Shown here one piece after another: positions 8,194 to 16,372 of a stretch of 24,875 nt of DNA. Below the pieces are notes generated by a model. That model searched no databases. It was given only the letters and a program-made list of their open reading frames with translations, and had not been told where the DNA came from. This DNA comes from Candidatus Micrarchaeota archaeon (GTDB lineage Archaea; Micrarchaeota; Micrarchaeia; Anstonellales; CAYTXD01): contig CAYTXD010000001.1 of assembly GCA_964441305.1 (NCBI GenBank), forward strand, positions 1 through 24,875. The letters are read 5' to 3'. Both the position numbers and the translations under genes were made by a program. The number at the start of each line of letters is the position of its first letter. Within the stretch, counting starts at the first letter, position 1.

Positions 8194-8844
8194 CTAGTCA
8201 TTTCCAAAATCAGAAAGCCGCTTCTGCCTTATTTTATCAAGCGTTTTCCATTTGGTTCTCAAATAAGGTTTCAGCACTTCGTCATCCATATGCTTTTTCA
8301 GGTAATCAATTGTAACCGGGTCGGACGAATACCCTGAATTAAAATCATATCCAACAATTTCCTTGATTCTTTTAATCTCCCCATCCCTTGTGTGCTTTGC
8401 AATTATTGATGCACCCGCAACAATTACATATTTTGACTCTGCGTAATTCTCGCTCACAATTTTCAGCTTTTTTTTCAGGTACTTCTTGATTCTCAATGCA
8501 AATTTTCCAGGGTCATTGTCAGGGGAATCCACATAAACAATGCTGTTTTCAGGAAGGTCCTGTTCATTCAGCGACTCCCCCATCTTCATCGCCTCAATTT
8601 CATTCAGTGAATATTTTCCCATAAGCTCGTTTAGCTCCCCCGCGCTGATTTTGATCACAATATTCTTTGTTATATTTGCAAGCTTTTTGTAAATCTCCTC
8701 CCTGCTTTTTGGAGTTAGCTTTTTGCTGTCTTTTACCCCAATTTCCCTTAACCTGTCTATGTCTTTTTCTTCAATTGAGGCACAGCATATAACAAGAGGG
8801 CCGATTACGCAGCCCCTTCCAGCCTCATCTGCTCCAGTTATCAA
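8194..8844 (-). CDS. rnhB: Ribonuclease HII with a C-terminal PCNA-interacting (PIP) motif
   Basis: GADEAGRG.VIGPL, VKDSKKL, YVDS, AESKY.IVAGASIIAK and SGYSSDP.T; ends in QKRLSDF. Probable TTG start at 8844 after SD GGTG. Confidence 0.95.
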   Translation of the reverse strand: MITGADEAGRGCVIGPLVICCASIEEKDIDRLREIGVKDSKKLTPKSREEIYKKLANITKNIVIKISAGELNELMGKYSLNEIEAMKMGESLNEQDLPENSIVYVDSPDNDPGKFALRIKKYLKKKLKIVSENYAESKYVIVAGASIIAKHTRDGEIKRIKEIVGYDFNSGYSSDPVTIDYLKKHMDDEVLKPYLRTKWKTLDKIRQKRLSDFGND

Positions 8845-8885
8845 AAAAGCACCATTTAGACCCTGCAAAAAACAAATAACCAATG

Positions 8886-8896
8886 AAAAGAAAAAA
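8886..8896 (-). terminator. Probable archaeal oligo(T) terminator after the PRC-barrel gene
   Basis: TTTTTTCTTTT immediately follows the TGA on the minus strand. Confidence 0.45.
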
Positions 8897-9148
8897 TCAG
8901 ATGCCCTTCTTGTCAACGATTATGTGGTCGCTGGCGGCAAGGACAGAATTGTAAGCGACAATAATAAGCCCGTCCATCTTCTTCAGTTTTCTTGCAGTCT
9001 CGTTATCCAAGTTTGGATCAACAAGAAGCTCCTCGATTTTCCCGGACGCCTCACTAATGTTAATGTCAACGAGCTTTCCCAGCTCCTCTCCGTCATTTGT
9101 TATCAGGCGCTTCCCGGCTAATTGCTTTGCAATTACGAATTTCCCCAT
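8897..9148 (-). CDS. Stand-alone PRC-barrel protein
   Basis: KQLAGKRLITNDGEELGKLVDINI...GKIEELLV...IIVAYNSVLAASDHIIV; SD AGGTGA before the ATG at 9148. Confidence 0.88.
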   Translation of the reverse strand: MGKFVIAKQLAGKRLITNDGEELGKLVDINISEASGKIEELLVDPNLDNETARKLKKMDGLIIVAYNSVLAASDHIIVDKKGI

Positions 9149-9205
9149 CAATATCACCTTGCTTCTCTTTCAATGTAGAGGTTTAAATATATTGCGGTGG
9201 GCTCC

Positions 9206-10114
9206 TTAATTCTCTGCCGCAGAGCGGTACGCATTTCCTTCTTTCCTACCATCAACCATCTGCTGCCAAAGCATTATGGCTGAAAGAATCCGGACCGGCT
9301 CAATCAGGAGCACAGTTATTGCAACAATTGCCAGGCTTCCCAGACAGGGTATGCAGGCAATGGGAATCATAAGGATGGTCAGGCCAATGGTAATAGCAAA
9401 CCACAGCAGAATGAATGTAAATACTCTTACTGCGTTTGATGAAACGAGGCGTATTGATGACCTCAGCCCCTCGAAAATTCCCTTTTTGCCGAGTACAACC
9501 TCCTGCTCGAAAAAGTATATGAAAAACTTGACAACCAAGCCCACCAAAACAACAACTGCGATTACTGCAATAAGCGAAACAACAGTTCCGGATGCAAGCA
9601 GTGCGCTCATGCCCCCAGCAGCAATCTGGCCCTTCAGGGCAACCAGTTCCCCTGCATACAAGATTGCGAATACTATCACTGGAAGAAAAAGCAATGCATT
9701 GATTGCCGCCCTGGCAAGCCAAATTTTGAATGAGGTAAAAAGAAGCGGCCTAATATTCCCGCTTGCCTCCTCCACCTTCTTCCCATGAACCATCTGCCTG
9801 AACGATGGGTAGGCCGACAATGTCAATGCAACAATAATTATTCCGAATATTGTGCTTATGGGTATTGATGCCAGTGAAGGAAATGTGCAAACTGCTATTG
9901 CCGCCACTGAAGCTATATCTGTTCCGGATGAGGATGCCGCAAACTTGCATGCTGGTTCGGAAACAAAGTCCAGCGCGATGCTTATTAATGAAATCAGCAT
10001 GGACACGGCAAGAACGCCTATAAAAGGAAATATCACCCTGCTGTATTTTTCCCTGTACAGCTCAAAAGATTCCCGGACAATCTCGACAAGCCCCATATTT
10101 TTGTAATCTTTCAT
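9206..10114 (-). CDS. Multi-pass membrane protein of unknown function (about 6 TM helices)
   Basis: Long ORF with alternating hydrophobic helices and a ..GIFEGLRSSIRLV..N motif typical of uncharacterised archaeal membrane families. The start could extend to the GTG at 10171. Confidence 0.7.
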   Translation of the reverse strand: MKDYKNMGLVEIVRESFELYREKYSRVIFPFIGVLAVSMLISLISIALDFVSEPACKFAASSSGTDIASVAAIAVCTFPSLASIPISTIFGIIIVALTLSAYPSFRQMVHGKKVEEASGNIRPLLFTSFKIWLARAAINALLFLPVIVFAILYAGELVALKGQIAAGGMSALLASGTVVSLIAVIAVVVLVGLVVKFFIYFFEQEVVLGKKGIFEGLRSSIRLVSSNAVRVFTFILLWFAITIGLTILMIPIACIPCLGSLAIVAITVLLIEPVRILSAIMLWQQMVDGRKEGNAYRSAAEN

Positions 10115-10155
10115 AATATCACGAGCCCATCTGCATTCATGCCTTATAATCTTAT

Positions 10156-11322
10156 CTATGGCTGCTCCCACTCAATTTCATAATACTCATACTTTGAGCC
10201 GGGAAGCTCAATCCTTTTGATTAGGTAATATGTGACGCTGCTCTCCCTGTCCGCTATTGCAAGAAGCAGCCCAAGGCCTGATTTTTTGCACTCTTCAATT
10301 GCGTGCGCAAGCTCCGCGCCGCCAATATACTCCTCTTCCGTAAGAGAGAGCATGAGGTACTTTGGCTTTCCCTCCTTCGGGTTCTCAATCCCCCCTTTTC
10401 TTCTGTGATAAAGCAAAAAGTCCAGCTCCGCTTTTTTCTCTCCTTTTGACTCCTTTCCCGGAATTGCGAGTATGAACGTCTTTTTCACCGAATGCGCAAC
10501 CCTTATCGCCCTTGCCCATTCCGAAATGAGCAGCTTGCTTTTCCTAGGAAATACATGAATCACGTGCTTGGAGTGTATCCATTCCTTGTTTGCCCTTGTG
10601 GGCGATGCTTTCGGAAAGTAAATCCTGAAATGGGTTCCAAACTTGAAACCGGTTTTCAGTATAAACCCCCTCAACCTCCAGTCCTCGTAAACCTCATACA
10701 TCTGAAGGAAATCCTTCCTTCTCTTCAGCGCCTTTTTCACAATCTCTTTTTCGCTTGAATTTGCGAGTCCCAAGCCCGAGTGCCTCATAAGGAAAAGCGT
10801 TTCGTAAATGTCAAGCTTTGCAATATTCCCTCTGTGCTCCGCCTTGTATGTTCCGTACTGCCCAATCCAGTAATTTTCGTAAAGCTCCTTCCCAATGGTC
10901 TTGTCATCAATTGTTGCCACCAAATCATCAGGGTAGAAAAAGGCATCAATAGCATATCTTGGGATTTCAAACTCCTCGCTTGGGTACTTTCTCAAATTGC
11001 TTCTCTCATATTTCTCAGAAAGCTCTGAAATCGGCCTGGCAATAAGCCCCCTATCCCTCCAATCCTTGTAGGTAAAGTATTTTGCCATCTGCTTTTTCCC
11101 GGAAAAAATCTCCGCAATATCATTGAACCGGTACTCATTCATCGACTTGTCCCTGCACTTCGCATTCCTAATGTCTATCAAGTAAAGTGCCTCTTCAGGG
11201 TAAAGTGAGATAACCCCCTTTTCCATTACTCCATAATGCCCGTTAACTAGGGAGCTTACGCTCTGCGGGTCTGAAACGCTAATCTTTTTCTTTTTCCTGT
11301 CAAGCTCAAGCTGAACTGCCAT
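10156..11322 (-). CDS. endA: tRNA splicing endonuclease, three-unit epsilon2 (ARMAN/Micrarchaeota) type
   Basis: 388 aa. Motifs LYPEEALYL, YFTYKDWRDRGL, WIGQYGTYK (ARMAN-specific-loop-like), KLDIYETLFL, YEDWRLRGFILKTGFKFGTHFRIY, WIHSKHV, RVAHSVKKTF and a YYEIEWEQP C-terminus; SD GGAGGTG before the ATG at 11322. Confidence 0.93.
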   Translation of the reverse strand: MAVQLELDRKKKKISVSDPQSVSSLVNGHYGVMEKGVISLYPEEALYLIDIRNAKCRDKSMNEYRFNDIAEIFSGKKQMAKYFTYKDWRDRGLIARPISELSEKYERSNLRKYPSEEFEIPRYAIDAFFYPDDLVATIDDKTIGKELYENYWIGQYGTYKAEHRGNIAKLDIYETLFLMRHSGLGLANSSEKEIVKKALKRRKDFLQMYEVYEDWRLRGFILKTGFKFGTHFRIYFPKASPTRANKEWIHSKHVIHVFPRKSKLLISEWARAIRVAHSVKKTFILAIPGKESKGEKKAELDFLLYHRRKGGIENPKEGKPKYLMLSLTEEEYIGGAELAHAIEECKKSGLGLLLAIADRESSVTYYLIKRIELPGSKYEYYEIEWEQP

Positions 11323-11403
11323 TTTTGTACACCTCCACCCTGAAAACAAGCAAAGGGTGTTGTTTATGCGTAATAATTACCTACTCCACCCTTAAAAACC
11401 TAT

Positions 11404-12594
11404 TCAGAAGTCAAGAAGCCGCGTCTGTGCAATAATCCTACTCATTCTTCTGTATTCCTTTATCGGAATCCTCAACCTTGTGCCAATATCCTCCAACGCT
11501 TCATTCATGCTCTGGAATTTCTTTGGTGGGTTCTTCATAGCATTCCTAGCATTCTCACGAACTTCCCAAACACCAACTGGCACCATATACCCCTCATAAA
11601 CCTCCCTGAAAACAACAGATCTTGCCTGCCTCCTCATCCCAAGAAGCCCCTCGCATACTCCATATCTGCCGGCATAATACCCGCCCGCCTGCTTGTCAGC
11701 ATACTTCCATCTTCCCTCAAAGGGCTCATATTCCTCGCTTATCCTGAAATTGCTCTCACCCTGGCTCCATATCGTTCCAGGAGCCCATGATTCGAACTGC
11801 TCAAACTCCCAGGCGCCGGGCATGAGCAGTATCTCAAAGTGGTTATGCAGATATTCGCTGGTATACACCTGGTATTCTCCAATCTCTCGGAATTCCCTGA
11901 TTTTTTGCATCATCCTCTTTCCAACCATGTCATCCATTGCGGTAATGCTCCATCTGGTTGGAACAAGCTTTTTGTACTTCTTCCTTCCAAGCACCCCCGC
12001 ATTAAGCAACCTGGTCAGATAGTAATTGTCATACCCTTTTTCAAAAAGTTCATGCACAGCATCCCGCGACATCACCCCATCCTCTACAAGCTGGTCCACC
12101 CTCCTTGGGATTTTCGGGTTGTCAACAACTTTCATCCTTTTCATTGGCGCGGACGCGCCCATCGGCTGGGTGACGGAGGAAAACTTCATCTCATAAACCG
12201 GCTTTTTTGTAAAGCTCATCTCCATGTCAACATTCCTTATGCTCATTGCCGCCTCCTGCGCCTCGCGGAGAACGTGCTCGCGCGAAAGCACATTCGCCCT
12301 GCTCTGCCCCCTAACAATAGAGCTTCTCCAATTGATTATGTCATCATAGCTTGCTCCGTACCAATCGCTTGGATTATCGCTTCCCTCACCAATGCTCACC
12401 ATCGGGCCCCAATTCACATTCGGCCACCCATAGCTTCCAACAAAAAGGTTTGGCGGGGAAGGGCCAAAAACATCCTGCTTGAGCTTTTCCTGCATTCCCT
12501 TGCTTGCCTTAACTTTTTGCAGAACAGGGCAGGGTGAAACTCCACACAGGTTTTTGGTCCCCTTGCAGTAAATGCAGAGATTGTCAGGCCTCAT
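11404..12594 (-). CDS. nreA: Nre family DNA repair protein (NreA-like) with a C-terminal PIP motif
   Basis: N-terminal C-x2-C...C-x4-C (CIYCKG.KNLCG.SPCP), FGPSPPNLFVG.YGWP.V, KLVPTRWSITAMDD, GGYYAGR, VGVWEVRENAR; ends in QTRLLDF. Start moved to 12594. Confidence 0.92.
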   Translation of the reverse strand: MRPDNLCIYCKGTKNLCGVSPCPVLQKVKASKGMQEKLKQDVFGPSPPNLFVGSYGWPNVNWGPMVSIGEGSDNPSDWYGASYDDIINWRSSIVRGQSRANVLSREHVLREAQEAAMSIRNVDMEMSFTKKPVYEMKFSSVTQPMGASAPMKRMKVVDNPKIPRRVDQLVEDGVMSRDAVHELFEKGYDNYYLTRLLNAGVLGRKKYKKLVPTRWSITAMDDMVGKRMMQKIREFREIGEYQVYTSEYLHNHFEILLMPGAWEFEQFESWAPGTIWSQGESNFRISEEYEPFEGRWKYADKQAGGYYAGRYGVCEGLLGMRRQARSVVFREVYEGYMVPVGVWEVRENARNAMKNPPKKFQSMNEALEDIGTRLRIPIKEYRRMSRIIAQTRLLDF

Positions 12595-12679
12595 GTCAAA
12601 ATTCCCCAGGCAAAACTTAAATACACTGCAACACCTGCTTTCCACTTGTTTTTTAAATTTCCTTATTCCTTATCCATCC

Positions 12680-13629
12680 ATGGGAATATGCTCTGAAATA
12701 GCAACTGAATGCACAATAGGCAACATGCCGCACATCCCTTTCCAGAAGTGCTTTTTTGACACAATAACATACCATTGCGGGTACAACCAAGTCAACACCC
12801 TTGCCTATGCCCTTATAGCATTCATTTTTCTCTACATTATTTACAAGGAATTCTCCAAAACAGGGCTTACTTTCACAAAAGGTCTTACATACGCAATAAT
12901 CCCATTCGTGCTTTTCGGGGCAACCGCCCGTGTTGTAACCGACTCAATAGACACGGGGGCAATGCAGGCATTTGTTGACTCCGGAAACATTCTCTCCCCA
13001 ATCTACTCTTTAATAATGCAAACCCATATTTACGACTACTCAATTCTCACCACCTCCCCTGGCGTTTACTTCGTGACCGCTTTTCTGCTGCTCGCATCAA
13101 TTTTCATACTTCACAGATACGGCAAACTAAACCTTCTCCCTTACGTTGGAATAACCCTATGGCTTCCCCACCTGCTCATTCTTCTCCCCCTGATTTTTGC
13201 CTCCCAGTTTTTCCCAATTAACATAATCTACTGGATTTTGATTATTGCGCTCACAATCCTTTCTGCAGCGGTTGCCTATTACCTCTTCAAGAAAATCGGC
13301 GTGGACACATTCGCCTCATTCCTTGTGCTTTCCCATGCGCTTGATGGCTCTGCAACCTTCGTGGTAATCGATTTATTCGGCAAAATAACCGGCAAAGGAT
13401 ATTTCGAGCAGCATGTAGTTCCCAACTTTATCGCATCTCTTTTCGAATTCACAGGATTCGGGTTTTTCTTTTTCTTCATTGTAAAAGTCCTTTTCTCATT
13501 TGCCGCGGCATACATAATTGACAAGGATGCGGGCACCAAAAACGAGAAATTCTTTCTTTTCCTTGTGATAATAATACTCGGCCTCGCCCCGGCTTCAGGA
13601 GCATGCTGAGAATGCTTGTAGGTGCATAA
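12680..13629 (+). CDS. DUF63 family membrane protein with a 1-bp frameshift near the 3' end
   Basis: GYNQVNTLAY, FVLFGATARVVTD, SHALDGSATFV and YFEQHVV. As sequenced it stops at 13609 (GLAPASGAC*); the shifted frame continues GFRSMLRMLVGA* to 13629. ATG at 12680 lies ~22 nt after a TTTTTAAA box. Confidence 0.85.
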
Positions 13630-13630
13630 A

Positions 13631-14398
13631 ATGCTGAAGCTTATTGGAATGGGAATCTCGGATGAGCGCGACATTTCACTCAAAGGCCTTGATGAATTGA
13701 AAAAATGCGACATTGTATTTGCGGAAAACTACACCAACATAATGAAGGAAGGCACAATCGAAAGATTGGAGGAGATTTCAGGAATGAAAATCGAAATTCT
13801 TGAGAGGGAAGATGTGGAGGGGGAGGAAAAAATTCTCTCGGAAGCGGAAAGCAAAAACGTGGCACTCCTCATACCTGGCGACCCCCTGATTGCAACCACC
13901 CATTCCTCTCTTCTCCTTTCCGCAAAGAAAAGAAAAATCAAAACAAAAGTGGTCCACTCCTCATCCATTCTCAGCGCGGCAATAGGGGAAAGCGGGCTCC
14001 ACGCATACAAATTCGGAAAGACTGCTACCCTCTCATACTGGACTGATTCCTACAAGCCAACAACACCCTACAAAATAATCGAAACCAACAAATCAAACGG
14101 AATGCACACTCTTCTTTTGCTTGACATCAGCACGGAAAAGCAGCCAATGCATGCCTCCCACGCACTTGAGCTCCTCAGAAAAATTGAAAATGAATTGGGT
14201 AAAGGCATTATCAAGGACGACACTGAACTCTTGGTATTGAGCAGGGTCGGCTATGAAGACCAAAAAATCTCATTCGGCACGCTCTCAGCCCTTATGAAAA
14301 AAGGCGAATCGCTGGGCTCCCCTCCTTTCATATTCATCATACCGGGCGAGCTTCATTTCTCAGAGCGGGATTTCATTGAAATGCCCGGACAGAAGTAA
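13631..14398 (+). CDS. dph5: Diphthine synthase (diphthamide biosynthesis methyltransferase)
   Basis: MLKLIGMG...ISLKG, VFAENYT, PGDPLIATTH, SSILSAAIG.SGLHAYKFGKTAT, HTLLLLDI and IIPGELHFSE; SD AGGTG. Confidence 0.96.
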   Translation: MLKLIGMGISDERDISLKGLDELKKCDIVFAENYTNIMKEGTIERLEEISGMKIEILEREDVEGEEKILSEAESKNVALLIPGDPLIATTHSSLLLSAKKRKIKTKVVHSSSILSAAIGESGLHAYKFGKTATLSYWTDSYKPTTPYKIIETNKSNGMHTLLLLDISTEKQPMHASHALELLRKIENELGKGIIKDDTELLVLSRVGYEDQKISFGTLSALMKKGESLGSPPFIFIIPGELHFSERDFIEMPGQK

Positions 14399-14404
14399 CA
14401 AATA

Positions 14405-14412
14405 TTTATATT
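14405..14412 (+). promoter_or_regulatory. TATA box of the NlpC/P60-domain gene (leaderless)
   Basis: TTTATATT, with the ATG at 14434 ~22 nt downstream. Confidence 0.5.
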
Positions 14413-14433
14413 TCCTGATTGCCTAACAATCTC

Positions 14434-15969
14434 ATGAGCAATGTTCTTGCACGTCTCCCGGAATCGCATAAAAAGGTATTAACGAAATTCCTCTCCCTCC
14501 AGCCGGAAATACGCGACAAGGCGATGCTCAGGAAAAAATTCCTCTACTGTTTCCTTAACACCTTGGTTTCCCAGGCAAAGCACGCGATGAAAAAGGGAGT
14601 TAGTGAAAAAAAAATCAACAGTGCGCTGGCAGGTCTTCTTGAAGGGAAACAGAATAAAATAGGAATAGGGTATTTTCCGCAAGAAGATATTTACGGAAAG
14701 ATGGATTTCAATTTAGGCCTTCATCAATGGAAAATGGATAACAAAGGAAAGAAACCGAAGTTGAAATCCCTTCTTGAAATCTATTCCAGCAAGGCCGGGA
14801 GCTTTGAAACAGAAATTTCTGAAAAAGAGAGAATCGACATGAATGCTTTGGTTGTGAACGACAAAAAGTACGAGCTTGTGGATGTTGCGCTTAACTCAAC
14901 GGTTAATACACTTTTAACTCAGATAGACAAGCTAAGGAAAAAGAAGGGATGGAAGGACCTTTCGGATGACCAGTTCAAGAAGAGGGTAAACCGCCTTCTC
15001 TCCAACCTCATGCTCGGGGTCCCAAACGAATACGGAATCGGATTCGACATAGGAAGGGAGAGCCACAAGAAAAAGGTAGTGGACTTTGCGATAGGCCTTT
15101 GGGCATGGAACGAGAAATTCAAGGGCAAAAAGGACTTTGTTCTTGACTCTCTCATTGAGGTTAGGGATGGCATGAAACCCAGAAACCTGCCAAATAGTCT
15201 TTCGGAGGAACAGCGGATGACATTAAGGGAAGTAATCGCATCCGAAGCAGTTAATGGATTTTTTGAAAAACAGCAGAACCTTGATTTTGACGGTGCGGGA
15301 GTTCTTGACATAAGATTGGACGAGGAGGTTTACAGTGAAAACGCTTACGGAGATATAATCGGCAGGCTTGCGAAAATGATTTGGGAGCTATCTTCCATAG
15401 GATACAAGCCGATAAGGGGAAGAGGCGTCAAGGACAACTTATACGGCACCGATTGCTTTGATTTTCCTCGCCTGCTTACATACATTACGTTTTCCATGCA
15501 GGTTGATGTGGATAGCCATCTCAACAAGGCGAGGTTCAACCTTGACTCGGCGGACGGCCGCCTTCTTGGCTATGTAAAAAACGGCAGGCAGGTAAACCTT
15601 TACAACACAGTCTGGGCAAGGAAATCAGATAACCAGAGATGGCGTTACAATCAATACCTTGGAGAACACCCCGGGGCAAAAAAGATGGAAAAAGTTGGAG
15701 ACCTTCAGAACGGAGATTTCATAAAAGTAAGGGGGACCTCCAGCGATGACCATTGGGGAGTTTATTATGAAGGCAACATATACGATTTTGGCGGAAACCC
15801 GATGAAAATACAGAGAATGACCCTTGAGGAGTTCACCGGAAGCAGAAACAAATCCTTCGACAGCTCAACTCCTTTGAGCGAAACGGGGATAAAGGAAGTG
15901 AGGAGAGCCACTGCAGAGTACGTTCCGCCTGATCACAGGAAAGAGGAAGTGCTTGCTTCATCTATCTGA
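14434..15969 (+). CDS. Uncharacterised 511-aa protein with a C-terminal NlpC/P60 (papain-like) peptidase/amidase domain
   Basis: GY..IRG.G......GTDCFDF (Cys341), DLQNGDFIKV....DHWGVY (His440) and IYDF (Asp451). The N-terminal ~300 aa look helical and are unrecognised; no signal peptide or TM segment. Confidence 0.7.
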   Translation: MSNVLARLPESHKKVLTKFLSLQPEIRDKAMLRKKFLYCFLNTLVSQAKHAMKKGVSEKKINSALAGLLEGKQNKIGIGYFPQEDIYGKMDFNLGLHQWKMDNKGKKPKLKSLLEIYSSKAGSFETEISEKERIDMNALVVNDKKYELVDVALNSTVNTLLTQIDKLRKKKGWKDLSDDQFKKRVNRLLSNLMLGVPNEYGIGFDIGRESHKKKVVDFAIGLWAWNEKFKGKKDFVLDSLIEVRDGMKPRNLPNSLSEEQRMTLREVIASEAVNGFFEKQQNLDFDGAGVLDIRLDEEVYSENAYGDIIGRLAKMIWELSSIGYKPIRGRGVKDNLYGTDCFDFPRLLTYITFSMQVDVDSHLNKARFNLDSADGRLLGYVKNGRQVNLYNTVWARKSDNQRWRYNQYLGEHPGAKKMEKVGDLQNGDFIKVRGTSSDDHWGVYYEGNIYDFGGNPMKIQRMTLEEFTGSRNKSFDSSTPLSETGIKEVRRATAEYVPPDHRKEEVLASSI

Positions 15970-16324
15970 TTTCAAACTCAACTTCATTTCCATCAACATC
16001 GTAAACTGAGATATCCCCATCTTCATAGGGACTGCCGATTACCATGTGATATTTTCCAACTTTGCCAAAAACCCTCAAATCGTTTCCTGAAGGCCTGTTG
16101 CTTCTTCCCGGGTGGGAATGAACGCTTCCTGTGTAACCCCCTCCTGCGGGAAGGGCCCACAGGTCAAGGGTCGCAAACCCCCTCCCCTTTATTGAATTCG
16201 GCGGAATTATCAGCTCGCTAACCACCCCGTTTTTCTCCCTGAAAAGCGCAAGAAACTCATTAGGGTAAACCTCCCTGCAGGCGTTCTTCACCGTTTCTAC
16301 AAACTCTCTGCTGAAAACCATCAT
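15962..16324 (-). CDS. JAB/MPN+ (JAMM) zinc metalloprotease
   Basis: YPNEFLAL (Glu) and GSVHSHPGRSNRPSGNDL (H-x-H-x7-S-x2-D); SD AGGTGA before the ATG at 16324. Confidence 0.9.
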   Translation of the reverse strand: MMVFSREFVETVKNACREVYPNEFLALFREKNGVVSELIIPPNSIKGRGFATLDLWALPAGGGYTGSVHSHPGRSNRPSGNDLRVFGKVGKYHMVIGSPYEDGDISVYDVDGNEVEFEIR

Positions 16325-16372
16325 CTTGCCATTCACCTGAAGATTTATTAACCATTCATTTTTAATCTAACT

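Noticed and set aside
8822-8844. GRGC instead of GRGP in RNase HII, and SGDG instead of GGDG in NAD kinase (near 18570), as signs of inactivation
   Set aside because: The catalytic acidic residues are intact; these are conservative variants with no evidence of loss of function.
13587-13592. Programmed ribosomal frameshift in DUF63
   Set aside because: No X-XXY-YYZ slippery site or clear stimulatory structure; a simple indel explains it better.
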